From a virus (Duplodnaviria; Caudoviricetes), in the IMG/VR virus record IMGVR_UViG_2690315872_000001, positions 1 through 64,000 of that record: DNA of 64,000 bases, one strand, 5' to 3'. The notes beneath the pieces are model-generated. The model was not told where the DNA came from. It searched no databases and worked only from the letters and a program-made list of their open reading frames with translations. Numbering within the stretch: position 1 is the stretch's first letter; each line of letters starts with the position of its first letter. Made by a program: the position numbers and the translations under genes. Below, piece after piece: positions 62,114 to 64,000 of this stretch.

Positions 62114-62781
62114 GCGGTCACCCGGCGGAACTCCACGGCGAACAGGTAGGGGTTGGCGTCCCAGCTGCCCGGGCCGTGTAACTCCTCCCACTGCTGGCTG
62201 AACGCGGCGACCGGCTCACCCAGGCTGGCCTGGGCGCGCTCCACGGTGATGCCCTCGGCCAGGGCGTCGGCGTCGCTGAGGTCCTGCAGGCGCTGCACGC
62301 GGACCGTCAGGATTTCCAGGGTGATGCGGGACGCCCAGCGGGGCATGAAGCGGGGAGACGTCCAGCGCAGGGCGTGCCCGGTCCAACTGGCGGCGTACAG
62401 AACGCTCTCGGTCGTGCGCAGGCTGGCGGGCACTTCGGACGCCCGGCGCCGGTCACTCCAGCCCAGGTACCCGGCGGGCAGGCTGTCCCACGCGTCACTG
62501 TCCGCGCTCGGGTCGGGCAGGAAGGCCTCCTTCACCCAGAGGTGATCACCGGCGCGCCCCATGGGGCACAGGTCGAGCAGCTCGGCGTGCGTGACGTCAT
62601 GCCAGCTCATGCGGCGGTCCCGGAACGTCCAGTCGAACCCGGGGGTGCGGCTCGGGCCGAACTCTGTGATGGTGCCCATGCCGGGGAGGGCCGTGAGGAT
62701 CCGGCGGGTCTGGGTCTTCGTGCCGTCCAGGATCTGCTGAACGCGCGGGCCGGTGAACACGATGGGGCGGGCCGTGCTCAT
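62110..62781 (-). CDS. ASCH/PUA-like phage protein
   Basis: ILDGTKTQTRR...GDHLWVKE...FMPRWASRITLEI...RLQD...W..NP...VEF. Confidence 0.85.
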   Translation of the reverse strand: MSTARPIVFTGPRVQQILDGTKTQTRRILTALPGMGTITEFGPSRTPGFDWTFRDRRMSWHDVTHAELLDLCPMGRAGDHLWVKEAFLPDPSADSDAWDSLPAGYLGWSDRRRASEVPASLRTTESVLYAASWTGHALRWTSPRFMPRWASRITLEILTVRVQRLQDLSDADALAEGITVERAQASLGEPVAAFSQQWEELHGPGSWDANPYLFAVEFRRVTA

Positions 62782-63071
62782 GCGTGCCCCCGGGTGCGGG
62801 CGCGCTCGGCGGCGCAGGTGGGGCAGGGGCAGCACGTCTTGCGAACGGCGTCGAACGCGCCCGAGAGGACCGGCAGGAGGTGGCGGGCGTCGCCGTTCAC
62901 GACGGTCAGTGCATTCCCGCTTGCTGGGACGGCCAGGAGGGCCACGGAGAACCCGGCGGCGCGCAGGTCGTCCACGAGGCCCTGCATGCGCGTCTGGAGT
63001 TCCGGCGTGAGGTCGGGATGGGTGAGCGTGTCGGGGAGGGGCGTGCCTGCGTCGAAGATGATGTTGCTCAC
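62778..63071 (-). CDS. Hypothetical protein
   Basis: Coupled on both sides, C-terminal CCPCPTC. Confidence 0.6.
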   Translation of the reverse strand: MSNIIFDAGTPLPDTLTHPDLTPELQTRMQGLVDDLRAAGFSVALLAVPASGNALTVVNGDARHLLPVLSGAFDAVRKTCCPCPTCAAERARTRGHA

Positions 63072-63967
63072 GCGGCCACCGCTCCGGTGCGGCGCAGGCG
63101 GTCGCGCAGGTGTGCCTTGCGGTGGGTGTCGGTCGGATACTCGTGCTCCCAGGCTTCGACGAGGTGCGGGGGGATGGCCTGGTCGGCTTCCATGCGGGTG
63201 CCGCTGGCGCGGGTGGGGACGCCGTGGTCCGTGAGGTACGCGGCGCAGCTCATGGCGGCCAGGTACGGGTTGGTGATGGGCGCGGGCTGGGGCATGGGGG
63301 TCTCCTGGGGTGCACTGACGTCAGTGCGGACCTGCTGGGCCTGGGTGAGTTCACTCTCGAGGCGTTCGCACTCGCGGTTCAGGTGCGCGATGACCTTCTG
63401 CGCTTCCTGCCCGTCGCGTTCGAGCTGCTGGATGCGGTTGCGGGTGTCCCGCTCGCGGTTGACCGTGGCGCTGCGCTCGCTGGCCAGGGTGTCCTTCAGG
63501 CGCTGGACCTCCGCGTCCGCCTGGGCCCGCTCGCGGGTGATCTGGGCCTGCGCCGCGTCGAGCATCCGCCGGGCGTCCGTGGCGTCCGCCTGGGCCTGAT
63601 CGGCCGCGCGGGTCGCCATCTGCACGTCCTCCTCGACGGCCGCGCGCAGCCCCGCCTCCCGGGCGTCCAGCTCGGCGGCGCGGGCGTCCAGGGCGGCGGC
63701 ACGCGCGTTGAGGTCGGCCACGCACCGCTGGTAGTCGGCCTTCATTTCCGTGTCGGCCTGCGCGATCATCCGCTGCAGGTCCGCTTCCTTCTGATCCATG
63801 AACGCCTGCGCTTTGGCCTGCGCGAACTGAACCTCGGCGTTCATCGTGATGAACAGCTGCTCGTCGAACTGCGTGATCTGCGCGTTAATGTCGCTCACGG
63901 CGACTTTCGACCCGCCGCGCATCAGGCCCGCCACGCCGGACTGCACGCAGCTCAGCGCCAGGCGCAC
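63068..63967 (-). CDS. Coiled-coil protein, probably 5'-truncated
   Basis: Long heptad region. Frame appears open to the window end. Confidence 0.65.
   Translation of the reverse strand: MRLALSCVQSGVAGLMRGGSKVAVSDINAQITQFDEQLFITMNAEVQFAQAKAQAFMDQKEADLQRMIAQADTEMKADYQRCVADLNARAAALDARAAELDAREAGLRAAVEEDVQMATRAADQAQADATDARRMLDAAQAQITRERAQADAEVQRLKDTLASERSATVNRERDTRNRIQQLERDGQEAQKVIAHLNRECERLESELTQAQQVRTDVSAPQETPMPQPAPITNPYLAAMSCAAYLTDHGVPTRASGTRMEADQAIPPHLVEAWEHEYPTDTHRKAHLRDRLRRTGAVAA
63311..63328. repeat. 18-bp palindrome copy 8 (TGCACTGACGTCAGTGCG), inside CDS
   Basis: Encodes RTDVSA on the minus strand. Confidence 0.88.
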
Positions 63968-64000
63968 CAGGGGCGCGGAGGCCGTGTCGGTGTGCTGCGC

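Larger units (their letters stand above)
1..64000. mobile_element. Temperate siphovirus-like phage-plasmid, incomplete at both ends
   Basis: Full head-tail-lysis gene order plus parA/parB and a tyrosine recombinase. No host genes or attachment junction seen. ORFs run off both window ends. Confidence 0.88.

Noticed and set aside
3979-63328. The 18-bp palindromes as a CRISPR array or insertion-sequence ends
   Set aside because: Copies are kilobases apart with no regular spacers, and no cas or transposase gene is present.

Overview
This window is a high-GC segment of one temperate, long-tailed phage that also carries plasmid maintenance genes, so it is probably a phage-plasmid. I recognised no host housekeeping genes, rRNA or CRISPR array. 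The host is probably Deinococcus. This is inferred from many TAnnnT boxes sitting 5-7 nt before start codons (leaderless mRNAs), an FNHAGGxGKT-type ParA and a lysis region with lipoproteins. Layout: 1-9.2 kb, small overlapping accessory genes on + (LuxR HTH, EAD1-like protein, metallophosphoesterase). 9.2-9.9 kb, a structured RNA locus with tRNA-Leu(CAA) and an aberrant tRNA-like RNA. 10-38.3 kb, terminase, portal, S49 protease/scaffold, capsid, tail, a 2414-aa tape measure and tail tip, interrupted at 22.6-25.8 kb by an XRE-controlled HNH/GIY-YIG/TM2 cassette. 38.6-43.2 kb, a second XRE cassette and lysis genes (GH19 endolysin). 43.2-49 kb, three DnaA boxes, an MmeI-type RM enzyme and small genes. 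49.3-54.4 kb, tyrosine recombinase, a Replic_Relax-like gene pair, a palindrome-rich AT-rich spacer and parBA. 54.4-64 kb, a minus-strand accessory operon with three MazG-fold and two ASCH-like proteins. The most unusual signals are the RNA locus, an 18-bp palindrome (CGCACTGACGTCAGTGCG) found eight times including in-frame inside genes, two apparent AUC start codons and a stand-alone EAD1-like gene. All product calls come from reading motifs by eye; no searches were run.
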